Assembly (NCBI GenBank): GCA_963797055.1
Contig: CAWCOD010000002.1
Location: 491,598 to 555,597, forward strand
DNA length: 64,000 nt
Reading direction: 5' to 3'
Source of the DNA: an uncultured Holophagae bacterium
GTDB taxonomy: Bacteria; Acidobacteriota; Thermoanaerobaculia; Thermoanaerobaculales; Sulfomarinibacteraceae
Shown: positions 18,436 through 27,896 of the stretch, one piece after another
Position numbering within the stretch: the first letter of the stretch is position 1
Layout of the letters: each line of letters starts with the position of its first letter
Translations under genes and position numbers: made by a program
Notes under the pieces: generated by a model
The model's input: only the letters and a program-made list of their open reading frames with translations
What the model was told of the DNA's origin: nothing
The model's database searches: none

Positions 18436-18640
18436 AGGCGCGTCCCTCGGAGGTGCCTGGCATCCCGATTCGCCAACGTCGACAAACCGACTCGTCCCGT
18501 TGGAGCGAATCGGCGTGCCTGGCATCCTCACGGGAAGCGTGGCTGGAGAATCGGCGCGTTGAAATCGGCACCTGAAACCGAACGAGAGGGGCATTGTGGC
18601 GGAGCCGTCCCGGCTGGGATTCTGGCCGCGATTGAGCGCG
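18436..18640 (+). repeat. Dispersed repeat family B, copy 4
   Basis: About 107 nt identical to 24744..24850. Confidence 0.9.
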
Positions 18641-18795
18641 CGATGAGATTCCGCTGATGCTGTCATCCTGAGCGAGCGAAGCGACGGAGGATGTGAGTTG
18701 GAGGATCGATCCGCAGGAAAACCGCAGCCTAACCTCAGGCAACTCGGCTTCCGGGGCGCCACCTTTTAGACGAGAGAGTCCAAAAGGAGGAAGTC

Positions 18796-20439
18796 ATGGG
18801 TGGAAGACGAGTTGTGGTGGTGTTGGCGATTGGGGTGTGCTGTGCGGGAATCGCAATGGGGCAAACGGACTGGGTCGACAACCCGGACAATCCGGTCATC
18901 GAGTCGGGTGAGTCCGGATCGTGGAATGCAGGCGGGAACTGGGGCACGGCCGCCTTCTTTGACGGATCGACCTACCACATGTGGTTCACCGGGGAGGACC
19001 AAAACGGGTATTGGTCCGGCGTCGGCCACGCCACCTCACCCGATGGCGTCGAATGGACCATGGATCCGGCCAACCCCGTAGTTTCCGCCGGCGAATCCGG
19101 GGAGTGGGACGACTCCTACGTTATTTCGGGGGCGGTGATCCACGACGGGACCCAGTTCCACATGTGGTACTCGGGCTCCGGCGGTGCCGAGGAATCGCTC
19201 GGCTACGCCACTTCGCCCGACGGCAGTATGTGGACCAAACACGACGGCAATCCTGTCATGGATGCTGGGGCGTCCGGCACGTGGGACGACTTATGGGTCG
19301 GGCCCTCCTCGGTCATTGCAGACGGCGAGAACCTCCAGATGTGGTATTGGGGCTCCAACGGGTCTGTCGGGAGTATCGGGTATGCCGAATCGCCGGACGG
19401 GATCGATTGGACCAAGCGCCAGGAGCCGGTCCTCGAACCGCAGGAAATCCCCGGGGGGGCCTGGGACGCGCAGACTCTCTACGGCCCGCTCGTCATTTTC
19501 AACCCACTCAACCCACCCATGTACCAGATGTGGTACGGAGGGCACGATTCGGACAACCCCCTTGTCGGCTATGCCTTCTCGAGCGACGGCATCGAGTGGA
19601 CGCGACACCGTGACAATCCGGTCATCGAAGCCGGCCATCCCGTTGTTCTCTTTGACGGGTCCGACTATCACATGTGGTACGCCTACAAAGATGGTGGCTG
19701 GCAAATGTCCTACGCCACCTCTGACTGCTGCCCCGGTGTGGCTGGTCTGACGCACATGCAGACCATCCCGGCTGCGGCGGTGGCCTCGGGCGCCGAGGGG
19801 GCCTTCTACCAGACCGACGTAGACCTCAACAACCCCGGTGAGCAGCCGACGGAGTACAAGTTCATGTGGCTTCCCCGCGGTGAAACCAACTCCGACCCCA
19901 TGGCGTCGGAGTCCTTCAGTCTCGGCGCCGGCATGAGCGTGCGCTATGCCAATGTGCTGTCCGAGGTCTTCGGGCTCGAGCCCAACTCCCTCGGGGCGTT
20001 GTCCATTCTGTCATCGAGCCCCGATCTGCTGGCCATGAGCAGGACCTACAACAGTCCCGAGGGCGAGGAGGCGGGCACCTTTGGCCAGGCCATTCCAGCG
20101 GTTGCGCCCGTTGATTTCATTACAACCGATGAGAGGCGGAGGATTCTCTTCGCCAGCGAAAACGATGATCTGCGTTTCAACGTGGGCTGCCAAAACGGCG
20201 GAGATCTCAGCATGGTGGTCAACCTCGAGCTCTTCGACTCCGAGGGCTCGTCGTTGGAAAGCACAATCATGCTCCTTAGGGCTTGGAGCAACGATCAGTT
20301 CAACCGTGTGTTTGGTGATTACCAGCCGGTCAACGGCTATGTCGATGTGTGGACCACAAACGCTGGCAAGAGCTTCTATTGCTACGGATCGGTGCTGGAC
20401 AACGTGACCAGCGACCCGACGACGATTTTGCCGCAATGA
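18796..20439 (+). CDS. Secreted GH43/GH130-like beta-propeller protein with conserved C-terminal domain (paralog 3)
   Basis: 547-aa ORF after RBS AAAGGAGGAAG. Signal peptide MGGRRVVVVLAIGVCCAGIAMGQ. Same blade motif (STYHMWFTG, VGHATSPDGVEWT). The C-terminal domain is nearly identical in parts to paralog 1 ([39 protein letters not shown]). Confidence 0.9.
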   Translation: MGGRRVVVVLAIGVCCAGIAMGQTDWVDNPDNPVIESGESGSWNAGGNWGTAAFFDGSTYHMWFTGEDQNGYWSGVGHATSPDGVEWTMDPANPVVSAGESGEWDDSYVISGAVIHDGTQFHMWYSGSGGAEESLGYATSPDGSMWTKHDGNPVMDAGASGTWDDLWVGPSSVIADGENLQMWYWGSNGSVGSIGYAESPDGIDWTKRQEPVLEPQEIPGGAWDAQTLYGPLVIFNPLNPPMYQMWYGGHDSDNPLVGYAFSSDGIEWTRHRDNPVIEAGHPVVLFDGSDYHMWYAYKDGGWQMSYATSDCCPGVAGLTHMQTIPAAAVASGAEGAFYQTDVDLNNPGEQPTEYKFMWLPRGETNSDPMASESFSLGAGMSVRYANVLSEVFGLEPNSLGALSILSSSPDLLAMSRTYNSPEGEEAGTFGQAIPAVAPVDFITTDERRRILFASENDDLRFNVGCQNGGDLSMVVNLELFDSEGSSLESTIMLLRAWSNDQFNRVFGDYQPVNGYVDVWTTNAGKSFYCYGSVLDNVTSDPTTILPQ

Positions 20440-20610
20440 TAGCGAGCGAGCAGGGAGCAGGAGGCAGGGAACAGCGCTCACAAACCCGGTGAGATATGCG
20501 GGCTAGAGGGCCGACCCCGGGAGATAAACCCTCGGGCCGAATCGAGCCTTCGGAAAGCGGCCGTGACGGCGGCACTCTAACGCCGCGCCTGGTAGGTGGC
20601 TGGAGGTCCC

Positions 20611-23600
20611 ATGGCCAGCGTGATCCAATTCCGCACACGACGTTCGCAGGTCGGCGTGGCAACAACGCGCCGGGTTGTGGGTCGTGCGGCGACGCCATAC
20701 AATGATCCCAGAGTGTCCGTTCAACTTGCGACGATCATCCAGAACGGTGAGCCGTTTCTCATCGGAGAATGGCTTTTGGAGCCGATGCTCAACCGGCTGA
20801 CGCGGGGCGAGACCACGGTCCAGCTCGAGCTCAAGGCCATGGACGTGCTGCTTTGCCTCGCCGAGCATGCCGGGGAGGTGATGGGCAAGCACGATCTCCT
20901 CGATGAGGTGTGGCAGACCGAGTTCGTCTCCGACAACACCCTGCAGCGGAGGATCGCTGAGCTGAGAGAGGCTTTCGGCGACAACGCCTCAAGGCCCTGC
21001 TACATCGAGACCATTCGCAAGCGCGGCTACCGCCTGATTGCCGAGGTGGTTGCGGTGACCACGGCCGGCGAGATCGCGATGGCGATCCCCGAGACACCCG
21101 TCCCTCCTGACGAGGAGCGCAACCCGTACCCGGGTCTGGCTGCCTTCACCGAGATCGACGCCGACCGATTCTTCGGCCGGACCATCGAGGTCGCGGCTCT
21201 GTGGCGCAAAATCACCTCTCGGCGCCTGCTGGCCGTGATCGGTCCTTCGGGCATCGGCAAGAGCTCACTGCTGCGCGCCGGAGTCGCCTCCCGAGCCCCG
21301 CCCGGCTGGCGGGTGGTGGTCTTCACCCCGGGCGAAGTGCCGGTGCTGTCGCTGGCACGGGCTTTAGCTCCCGACCACTCCGGCGATCCGGACGCTGTGG
21401 CGCGACTGGTGGGTTTCACCGATCCGGACACCGCTTTGGCCGTAATCTCCAGGTGGCGGGGGAACTTCCAGCAAGCGGTTCTCGTGGTCGACCAGTTCGA
21501 GGAGCTATTCACTCTCAGCACGCCCGAAGTGCAGACGGGCTTCATCGAACTGCTGCGACGGCTGGTGGACGCTGCCGACGTGCACGTTGTGCTGGTTATG
21601 CGGGACGACTTCGTCTATCAATGCCAGCCGTTCTCGCAGATCACACCGATTTTCAAAGACCTGACACCGCTGGGCCCACCCAGCGGCGAGGCTTTGCGGC
21701 GGGCCCTCAGGGAGCCGGCGGCGCGGCAGCTCTACCGGTTCGAAAGCGAACGCCTGGTGGACAGAATGGTCGCAGAAGTCGAGGACGAGCGGGGTGCCCT
21801 GCCCATGCTCGCCTTTGCCGTGCATCGACTGTGGGAGGAGCGGGATTGCGAGCAGCGGGTCCTCACGGAGGAGGCGTACAACCGCATCGGCGGTGTGTCC
21901 GGCGCCCTGGCCCTTCATGCCGAATCGACCCTTGACCGGATCGGCGCGGAGCGGTTGCCCATCGTACGCGAGGTCTTCCGCAATCTGGTCACCGCAGAGG
22001 GTACCCGGGCGGTCCGCGTGGTGGGCGAACTTCTGTCCGTCTTCGATGTGGGTGACCGTGAATCCGCCGCCGAGACCCTGGGTGAACTCATCGACGCCCG
22101 TCTCTTGACCTCCTTTGAGGGGGAAACGGATGAGATTGTTGACGTTCGGCAGAGCAACCGGGTCGAGATCATCCACGAATCGCTGTTGCGTGCATGGCCG
22201 AGACTGGTGCGCTGGCAAACCCGGGACGCAGACGCCGCGCAGCTCCGGGACCAACTTCGCCAGGCGGCGCGTGTATGGCACGAACACGGACGCCACGAAG
22301 ACAGGTTGTGGATCGGAACCGCGTTTCGAGAGTTCCAGCTGTGGAGGGAGAGCTACCCGGGTGGTTTGACCGAGACCGAAGAAGGCTTTTCCGAAGCGAT
22401 GAAATTACACGCGAACCGCCGCAGACGCAGACGCCGACTCGCGGCCACGGCGTCATTCGCCATTCTACTGGTTGTTCTCGCTGTCGTCGGCCTGTCCCGT
22501 CAGCGGGCGGTCACCGAGGCCAGACGTGCGGAAGCGGCCAAGCTGTTGGCGATTGGCCAGAGCGAGATCGACATCTATCCGACCGCCGCCCTGGCGTGGG
22601 CCATGGCCAGTCTCGGGCTGGCTGACACCCAGGAGGGGCGATTGCTGGCGATGCGCGCCATACAAAAAGGTCCTCCGGTATCGGTGTGTCCTCGAGATTC
22701 AATTCGGTTGTTGGGTATCGTAGATCTCGCCATCAGCCCGAACGGCACGTGGATCGTCGGCAGCGGAGATCGCCTGGAACTCAGACGCCGTGACGGCAGT
22801 GAGCCGATCCTTGTGTCCCACCCAGAAGAGGCGATGGAGTCTGGCCGGACGTACGATGAGGTTCTGGCGGGATTCATTTCCGACGCGGTCTTGCTTACCG
22901 AAAAACGAGGGGAACACTACTGGTGGGCGATACCTCAGGTGGAGCGACCCATGCAGCTCCGTCGCGATAGGGGATCACTTGGCGAGGTACAGAGCGACGG
23001 GTACTTCAGTTTCTCGAAAGCCGGTGATCAGGTCTCAATCCATCGGTGGCCTTCGGACGGGGGCCCCGGGCGATTGGTGGGGTCCATGGATCCATGGGGT
23101 CCAAGTGATATTGACGACACAGGGTCAATGATGGCGTACGCCAGAGAAAATCTCCTTTTCGTGCGGTCACTGGAAGATTGGGACCGTCCGCCGCTGCGGA
23201 TCGGGGAGCACGAACACTCCGTGCAGTTCGTGGCTTTTCATCCTGACGGAGACAACCTGGCTGTCGCGGACAATTCAGGCGCGGTGAGGCTTTGGTCCAT
23301 ATCCAGCGGCCCGCCACAGCTGTTGCGCTCGATCACTCTCGGTGGTGTCCCTCACGGAACACTCGTTTACAGCCCCACGGGAAGGTGGCTCGCCGGGGCA
23401 GACAACGAAAACGGAACACAGCTGTTCGACCTGGCGGCACCCAATGGATCAGCCCCTCTGATGTTGAGAAGGTCGGACGAATCGGCGGTGGTGTCTCTCG
23501 ACTTTCACCCCGATGAGAACTGGTTGGTCACCGCGAATTTCAACAGTTTTGGGTTCTGGCCTTTAACTCACAGATTCGCCACGGTTCTGGACCAAGCCGG

Positions 23601-24684
23601 TGGCCGCGTGCAGGACGTGAAGTTCACGCCGAATGGCGAGTGGCTGGTGACGGTGACTGCGGAGAGCCGAGGATCACGACGAGCCGGCCAGCTTTGGGTC
23701 TGGCCGATGAAGGAACACAACAACCGGAAACCCAGGGTACTGTTTGAATCTCCCTCGCTCTACGGAGCCGATCTCGGCATCGACCCCATCGGCAGGTACG
23801 TCGCGATAGCGACCCAAGAGGGATCGGTGTATCTCGTTCCGCTCGACGGGGGTCCAGCGCGTGAATTTCGCGGGCCCGGGTGGGCGGTAGGAAATCACCT
23901 CCTGGCGTTCAGCCCTGATGGTCGGCGGTTCGCTGCCGTGGGCAGGCGTTTTGGCGGTAAGTTCACCATTTGGGTATGGGATGTGGATTCCGACGAGGGG
24001 CGGGCTGTTGGCACCGTCGAGGGCTCGTCGGCTTCACTCAGTTTTGTGGATGACAACCGGATCCGCTGGACCGGAAACAGCATTGAAACCGAGGGCAGAG
24101 GCGGGGGCGAAAAGATCTTCGATATCGAGAAAGGCCATGTCGAGGTCGTTGCGGAGGGGGGAACCGAACTCAGGCGCGCCGTGAGTTCGGCAGGCGATTT
24201 TGTCGTCACGACTGACTGGGTGAGCGGGACCTTCGGCCGGCCAAAGAACGAGATCAACTGGAAGAACCTCGTGAGCGGTGAAACGCGTCGGATCCGATCA
24301 CATGGCGAAAGTCCCTACGCGATCGCGCTCGATCCGACTGATCGATTGATCGTCTCGGGGAGTTTCGACGACGATCTGATACGGGTTGGTCCGGTGTCCG
24401 GCGGCGCACCCCATTTGCTATTTGGCCACGACGACCGGGTCCTGTCAGTGGCAGTCTCCCCGGATGGGCGGTGGATTGCATCGGCCAGCAACGACTCTAC
24501 GGTTCGACTCTGGCCGATGCCCGACATGTCGAAACCGCCGCTCCACACCCTCCCCCTTAACGAACTCATCACAACGCTGAAGGCGCTCACCAATCTCCGC
24601 GTTGTCCGGGACGAAGAAACCTCCACCGGCTGGAAACTCGACGTCGGACCTTTCCCCGGCTGGGAGACGGTTCCGGAGTGGTAG
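20611..24684 (+). CDS. Membrane-anchored wHTH (OmpR/CadC-type) / P-loop STAND-like NTPase / WD40 beta-propeller regulator
   Basis: ORF 20596..24684; ATG 20611 follows GGAGG. Winged helix (VQLELKAMDVLLCLAEHAGEVMGKHDLLDEVW ... YIETIRKRGYRLI). Walker A VIGPSGIGKSSLLRAG and Walker B VLVVDQFEE. One TM helix after an RRRRRR run (FAILLVVLAVVGL). C-terminal WD40 repeats (HDDRVLSVAVSPDGRWIASASNDSTVRLW). Confidence 0.9.
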   Translation: MASVIQFRTRRSQVGVATTRRVVGRAATPYNDPRVSVQLATIIQNGEPFLIGEWLLEPMLNRLTRGETTVQLELKAMDVLLCLAEHAGEVMGKHDLLDEVWQTEFVSDNTLQRRIAELREAFGDNASRPCYIETIRKRGYRLIAEVVAVTTAGEIAMAIPETPVPPDEERNPYPGLAAFTEIDADRFFGRTIEVAALWRKITSRRLLAVIGPSGIGKSSLLRAGVASRAPPGWRVVVFTPGEVPVLSLARALAPDHSGDPDAVARLVGFTDPDTALAVISRWRGNFQQAVLVVDQFEELFTLSTPEVQTGFIELLRRLVDAADVHVVLVMRDDFVYQCQPFSQITPIFKDLTPLGPPSGEALRRALREPAARQLYRFESERLVDRMVAEVEDERGALPMLAFAVHRLWEERDCEQRVLTEEAYNRIGGVSGALALHAESTLDRIGAERLPIVREVFRNLVTAEGTRAVRVVGELLSVFDVGDRESAAETLGELIDARLLTSFEGETDEIVDVRQSNRVEIIHESLLRAWPRLVRWQTRDADAAQLRDQLRQAARVWHEHGRHEDRLWIGTAFREFQLWRESYPGGLTETEEGFSEAMKLHANRRRRRRRLAATASFAILLVVLAVVGLSRQRAVTEARRAEAAKLLAIGQSEIDIYPTAALAWAMASLGLADTQEGRLLAMRAIQKGPPVSVCPRDSIRLLGIVDLAISPNGTWIVGSGDRLELRRRDGSEPILVSHPEEAMESGRTYDEVLAGFISDAVLLTEKRGEHYWWAIPQVERPMQLRRDRGSLGEVQSDGYFSFSKAGDQVSIHRWPSDGGPGRLVGSMDPWGPSDIDDTGSMMAYARENLLFVRSLEDWDRPPLRIGEHEHSVQFVAFHPDGDNLAVADNSGAVRLWSISSGPPQLLRSITLGGVPHGTLVYSPTGRWLAGADNENGTQLFDLAAPNGSAPLMLRRSDESAVVSLDFHPDENWLVTANFNSFGFWPLTHRFATVLDQAGGRVQDVKFTPNGEWLVTVTAESRGSRRAGQLWVWPMKEHNNRKPRVLFESPSLYGADLGIDPIGRYVAIATQEGSVYLVPLDGGPAREFRGPGWAVGNHLLAFSPDGRRFAAVGRRFGGKFTIWVWDVDSDEGRAVGTVEGSSASLSFVDDNRIRWTGNSIETEGRGGGEKIFDIEKGHVEVVAEGGTELRRAVSSAGDFVVTTDWVSGTFGRPKNEINWKNLVSGETRRIRSHGESPYAIALDPTDRLIVSGSFDDDLIRVGPVSGGAPHLLFGHDDRVLSVAVSPDGRWIASASNDSTVRLWPMPDMSKPPLHTLPLNELITTLKALTNLRVVRDEETSTGWKLDVGPFPGWETVPEW

Positions 24685-24743
24685 CCGTCTGCCGGCCCAA
24701 AGCGAAGTGCGGAATCCTCATCCCCCACCCATCCGCGAGGGGA

Positions 24744-24985
24744 GAAGGCGCGTCCCTCGGAGGTGCCTGGCATCCCGATTCGCCAACGTCGACAAACCGA
24801 CTCGTCCCGTTGGAGCGAATCGGCGTGCCTGGCATCCTCACGGGAAGCCCGCTCGGAGAATCTGCGCGTTGAAGTCGGCAGATTGAACCCAACGAGGTGG
24901 ATTTTGTGGCGCAGGCCTCTGGCCTGCATTCACTCAATCAATCAACGCCAGAATTGCAGGCGGGACGCCTGCGCTACAAAGGCGT
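24744..24985 (+). repeat. Dispersed repeat family B, copy 5
   Basis: Identical core to copy 4; the 3' extension diverges. Confidence 0.9.
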
Positions 24986-25000
24986 TCCGGATGGGCGGTT

Positions 25001-25053
25001 CTGAACCCTGAACCCTGATCCTAAACTCGGGCTCGGGCTCGGGCTCGGGCTCG
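25001..25053. repeat. 7-mer (CTGAACC) and 6-mer (GGGCTC x5) arrays
   Basis: CTGAACCCTGAACCCTGATCC, then TCGGGCTCGGGCTCGGGCTCGGGCTCG. The complementary CCCGAG array is at 5215..5235. Confidence 0.85.
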
Positions 25054-25124
25054 CCAGTCCCCCCCTCCACACACTCCACACCGGGGCGGGCAGCCGGGCG
25101 GGTCCACACTCTCCACACTTCGAC

Positions 25125-25153
25125 AAAAAAACCGGGGCGCCGAAACGCCCCGG
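25125..25153 (-). terminator. Rho-independent terminator downstream of the DHOD-like gene
   Basis: On the minus strand, an 8-bp GC stem (CCGGGGCG..CGCCCCGG) is followed by T7-T8, about 30 nt after the stop at 25182. Confidence 0.7.
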
Positions 25154-25181
25154 TTCGATGAGTACTCTTTGTGACCCGGAA

Positions 25182-26174
25182 CTACATCTCCCAGCTGTCG
25201 AGCATCCGCATGTAGTTGGCCCGTGAGAAGGCCTTGGGGTTGGGGGTGCGGGCCAGGTTCATGGAACCCTGCATCTGGCGGATCGACTCGTAGTCGTGTT
25301 CCTTCATCCAGAATTCGATGGCTTCCAGGGTCCGCGCAATGTGCTCCGGCCCGTGGATCAGGAGGGCGGAGACCATCTGGACGGCGTTGGCGCCGGTCAT
25401 GACGGCTTTGATGACATCCACCGCGTTGTGGGCACCACCGGTGGCGCCCAGCGACAGGTCGAGCTGGCTCGACAGGATGGCCAACCAGCGCAGCCGGAGC
25501 CTCAATTCGTCGGCGGTGGACAACCGGAGGTTGGGAACCACGTCCAGGTCCTCGATGTCGATGTCCGGTTGGTAGAACCGGTTGAAGATCACGAGCCCGT
25601 CCGCTCCCGCGTCCTGAAGCTTCTTGCCCAGGTTGGGGATTGAGGAGAAGAAGGTGGACAGCTTGACGGCCACCGGGATCTTCACGTCGGCCTTTACCGA
25701 ACCGACGATATCGATGGTCCGTTGTTCGACCTCGTCGCCCGTCTCGACGGTCTCGATGGGCATGTAATAGACGTTGAGCTCGAGGCCATCGGCGCCCGCG
25801 TCTTCCATTTTCTTGGCATAGGAGGTCCAGCCGCCCGGAGTGGTGCCGTTCAACGACCCGAAGACCGGAATGTCGACGGCGGCTTTGACCGCCTCGAGGT
25901 GACCGAGGTACTGGTCCGGGCCCACGTGGTAGCCCTCGGGGTTGGGAAGGTAGGACGAGGCTTCGGCGAAGCCGGCTCCCGCCGACTCGATCTCCATCTG
26001 GGTCTGCACCGCGGCCAGAATTTCTTCTTCAAAAAGTGACGGCAGCACGATGGCAGAGGCTCCCGCCTCCGCCAGTTCGCGCACCGTATCCACGTTTGTT
26101 CCCAGTGGACAGGCACCGACCATGATCGGGTTGGCGAGCTCGAATCCGAGGTAGCTACTTTTGAGATCCATCAT
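25182..26174 (-). CDS. Dihydroorotate dehydrogenase-like TIM-barrel protein
   Basis: 330-aa ORF with class-1 DHOD/DHPD-like sequence (NPIMVGACPLG, GADGLELNVY, GADGLVIFNR). Lies 19 nt downstream of nifJ on the same strand. Confidence 0.85.
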   Translation of the reverse strand: MMDLKSSYLGFELANPIMVGACPLGTNVDTVRELAEAGASAIVLPSLFEEEILAAVQTQMEIESAGAGFAEASSYLPNPEGYHVGPDQYLGHLEAVKAAVDIPVFGSLNGTTPGGWTSYAKKMEDAGADGLELNVYYMPIETVETGDEVEQRTIDIVGSVKADVKIPVAVKLSTFFSSIPNLGKKLQDAGADGLVIFNRFYQPDIDIEDLDVVPNLRLSTADELRLRLRWLAILSSQLDLSLGATGGAHNAVDVIKAVMTGANAVQMVSALLIHGPEHIARTLEAIEFWMKEHDYESIRQMQGSMNLARTPNPKAFSRANYMRMLDSWEM

Positions 26175-26192
26175 GGGCTCCTTTCCGCCCGA

Positions 26193-27896
26193 TCAGTTGG
26201 CATCGCCGGAAGTGTCATCCGACCCGAACTGAAGTCCGGCCAGCTGCTTGTAGTAGTCGAATCGGCTCAACGCGGCCTTCTGCGCCTGGGCCAGAAGTTC
26301 CTTCGATCGCTCCGGATTGACCTTTTGCAACATCCTGAAGCGGGTTTCGGAGAGCGCGAAGTCCGTGAACGGGACCTTTGGTGCCTTCGAATCCATTTTC
26401 AGTGGATTCTCGCCCACCGCCGTACGCCGCGGATCGAAGCGGTAGAGCGGCCAGAAGCCGCACTCCACGGCCGTCTTCTGGTGTTCGAGGCCGTCGCCAA
26501 GGTTGAAGCCGTGGGCGATGCAGTGCGAGTAGGCGATGATGATCGACGGGCCGGGGTAGGAGTCGGCCTCGAGAAAGGCTCGAACGGTCTGGTTGTCCTT
26601 GTAGCCGAAGGCCACCTGGGCCACGTAGACGTGGCCGTAGGCCATGGCCATCATGCCCAGGTCCTTTCGCTGCACGTCCTTGCCGCCCATGGCGAATTTG
26701 GCGGTGGCTCCGAGCGGTGTTGCCTTGGAGGCCTGACCGCCGGTGTTGGAGTAGACGCCGGTGTCGAGTACCAGCAGGTTGACGTCCCGTTTCATGGCGA
26801 GCACGTGGTCGAGGCCGCCGTAGCCGATGTCGTACGCCCAGCCGTCACCGCCGACGGCCCACACGCTCTTTCGGACCAGGTAGTCGGCCAGGTGGTCGAG
26901 CTCGCGGGCCTCCGGTCGGTCGATTCCGGCCAGCTTGGTGCGCATGGCGGCCACCCGTTCGCGCTGGGTCGCCACACCGGCCTCGTCGTTCTGATCGGCG
27001 GTGAGCAGCTCGTCGAGGAACTGGTCGCCGAGCTCGGATGACAGTTGTTTGAGGACGTTCACGGCGCGCTCGCGGGTCTGGTCCACCGCCAGCCGGAAGC
27101 CGAGGGAGAACTCGGCGGTGTCTTCGAAGAGGGAGTTGTTCCATGCCGGTCCCCGCCCGTCGGCGTTGACGGCGTAGGGGGTGGTGGGCAGGTTGCCGCC
27201 GTAGATCGATGAGCAGCCCGTGGCGTTGCCGATCAGGGTGCGGTCGCCGAAGAGCTGGGTGAGGAGCTTGACGTACGGGGTCTCGCCGCAGCCCTCGCAG
27301 GCCCCAGAGTACTCGAAGAGGGGCTGGAAGAACTGCGATCCCTTGACGTCGATCTTGAGCTTGGTGCGATCTACCTCGGGCAACCCGAGGAAGAAGTCGT
27401 AATTGACGGCCTCCGGCTCTCTGAGCGGCATCTGAAGGGTCATGTCCAAGGCCTTGTGTTTGGGGTTGGACTTGTCGCGCGCCGGGCAGACCTTGACGCA
27501 GAGAGTGCAGCCGGTGCAGTCCTCCGGAGCCACCTGGATGGTGTACTTCGAGCCGACAAAGTCCTTGGCCTTGTAGTCCACCGACTTGAACGTGGGCGGA
27601 GCGTCAGCCAGGAGTGACGGATCGTAGACCTTGGCGCGGATCGCGGCGTGGGGGCAGACCAGCGCGCACTTGTTGCACTGGATGCAGAGTTCCTCGTCCC
27701 ACACCGGGATGTCGATGGCGATGTTGCGCTTCTCCCACTGAGTGGTGGCGGTGGGCCACGTGCCGTCCGGTGGGAAGGCGCTGACCGGCAGCAGATCGCC
27801 CTTGCCGGCAATCATCAAGGCCGTGACCTTCTTGACCAGATCGGGGGCCTCGTCCGACACGATGGGCGGTCTGACCTTTGGTGGCGGTGACCGCAT
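26193..27896 (-). CDS. nifJ: Pyruvate:ferredoxin (flavodoxin) oxidoreductase NifJ, C-terminal part (split by frameshift)
   Basis: Ferredoxin-type clusters CIQCNKCALVCPHAAI and CTGCTLCVKVCP. TPP-binding region GGDGWAYDIGYGGLDH. Joins the upstream fragment near 27870. Confidence 0.9.
   Translation of the reverse strand: MRSPPPKVRPPIVSDEAPDLVKKVTALMIAGKGDLLPVSAFPPDGTWPTATTQWEKRNIAIDIPVWDEELCIQCNKCALVCPHAAIRAKVYDPSLLADAPPTFKSVDYKAKDFVGSKYTIQVAPEDCTGCTLCVKVCPARDKSNPKHKALDMTLQMPLREPEAVNYDFFLGLPEVDRTKLKIDVKGSQFFQPLFEYSGACEGCGETPYVKLLTQLFGDRTLIGNATGCSSIYGGNLPTTPYAVNADGRGPAWNNSLFEDTAEFSLGFRLAVDQTRERAVNVLKQLSSELGDQFLDELLTADQNDEAGVATQRERVAAMRTKLAGIDRPEARELDHLADYLVRKSVWAVGGDGWAYDIGYGGLDHVLAMKRDVNLLVLDTGVYSNTGGQASKATPLGATAKFAMGGKDVQRKDLGMMAMAYGHVYVAQVAFGYKDNQTVRAFLEADSYPGPSIIIAYSHCIAHGFNLGDGLEHQKTAVECGFWPLYRFDPRRTAVGENPLKMDSKAPKVPFTDFALSETRFRMLQKVNPERSKELLAQAQKAALSRFDYYKQLAGLQFGSDDTSGDAN

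Noticed and set aside
6000-20439. A diversity-generating retroelement acting on the conserved C-terminal domain of the three paralogs.
   Set aside because: There is no reverse transcriptase and no template repeat in the window. Differences between the copies involve all base types rather than adenine-specific changes.
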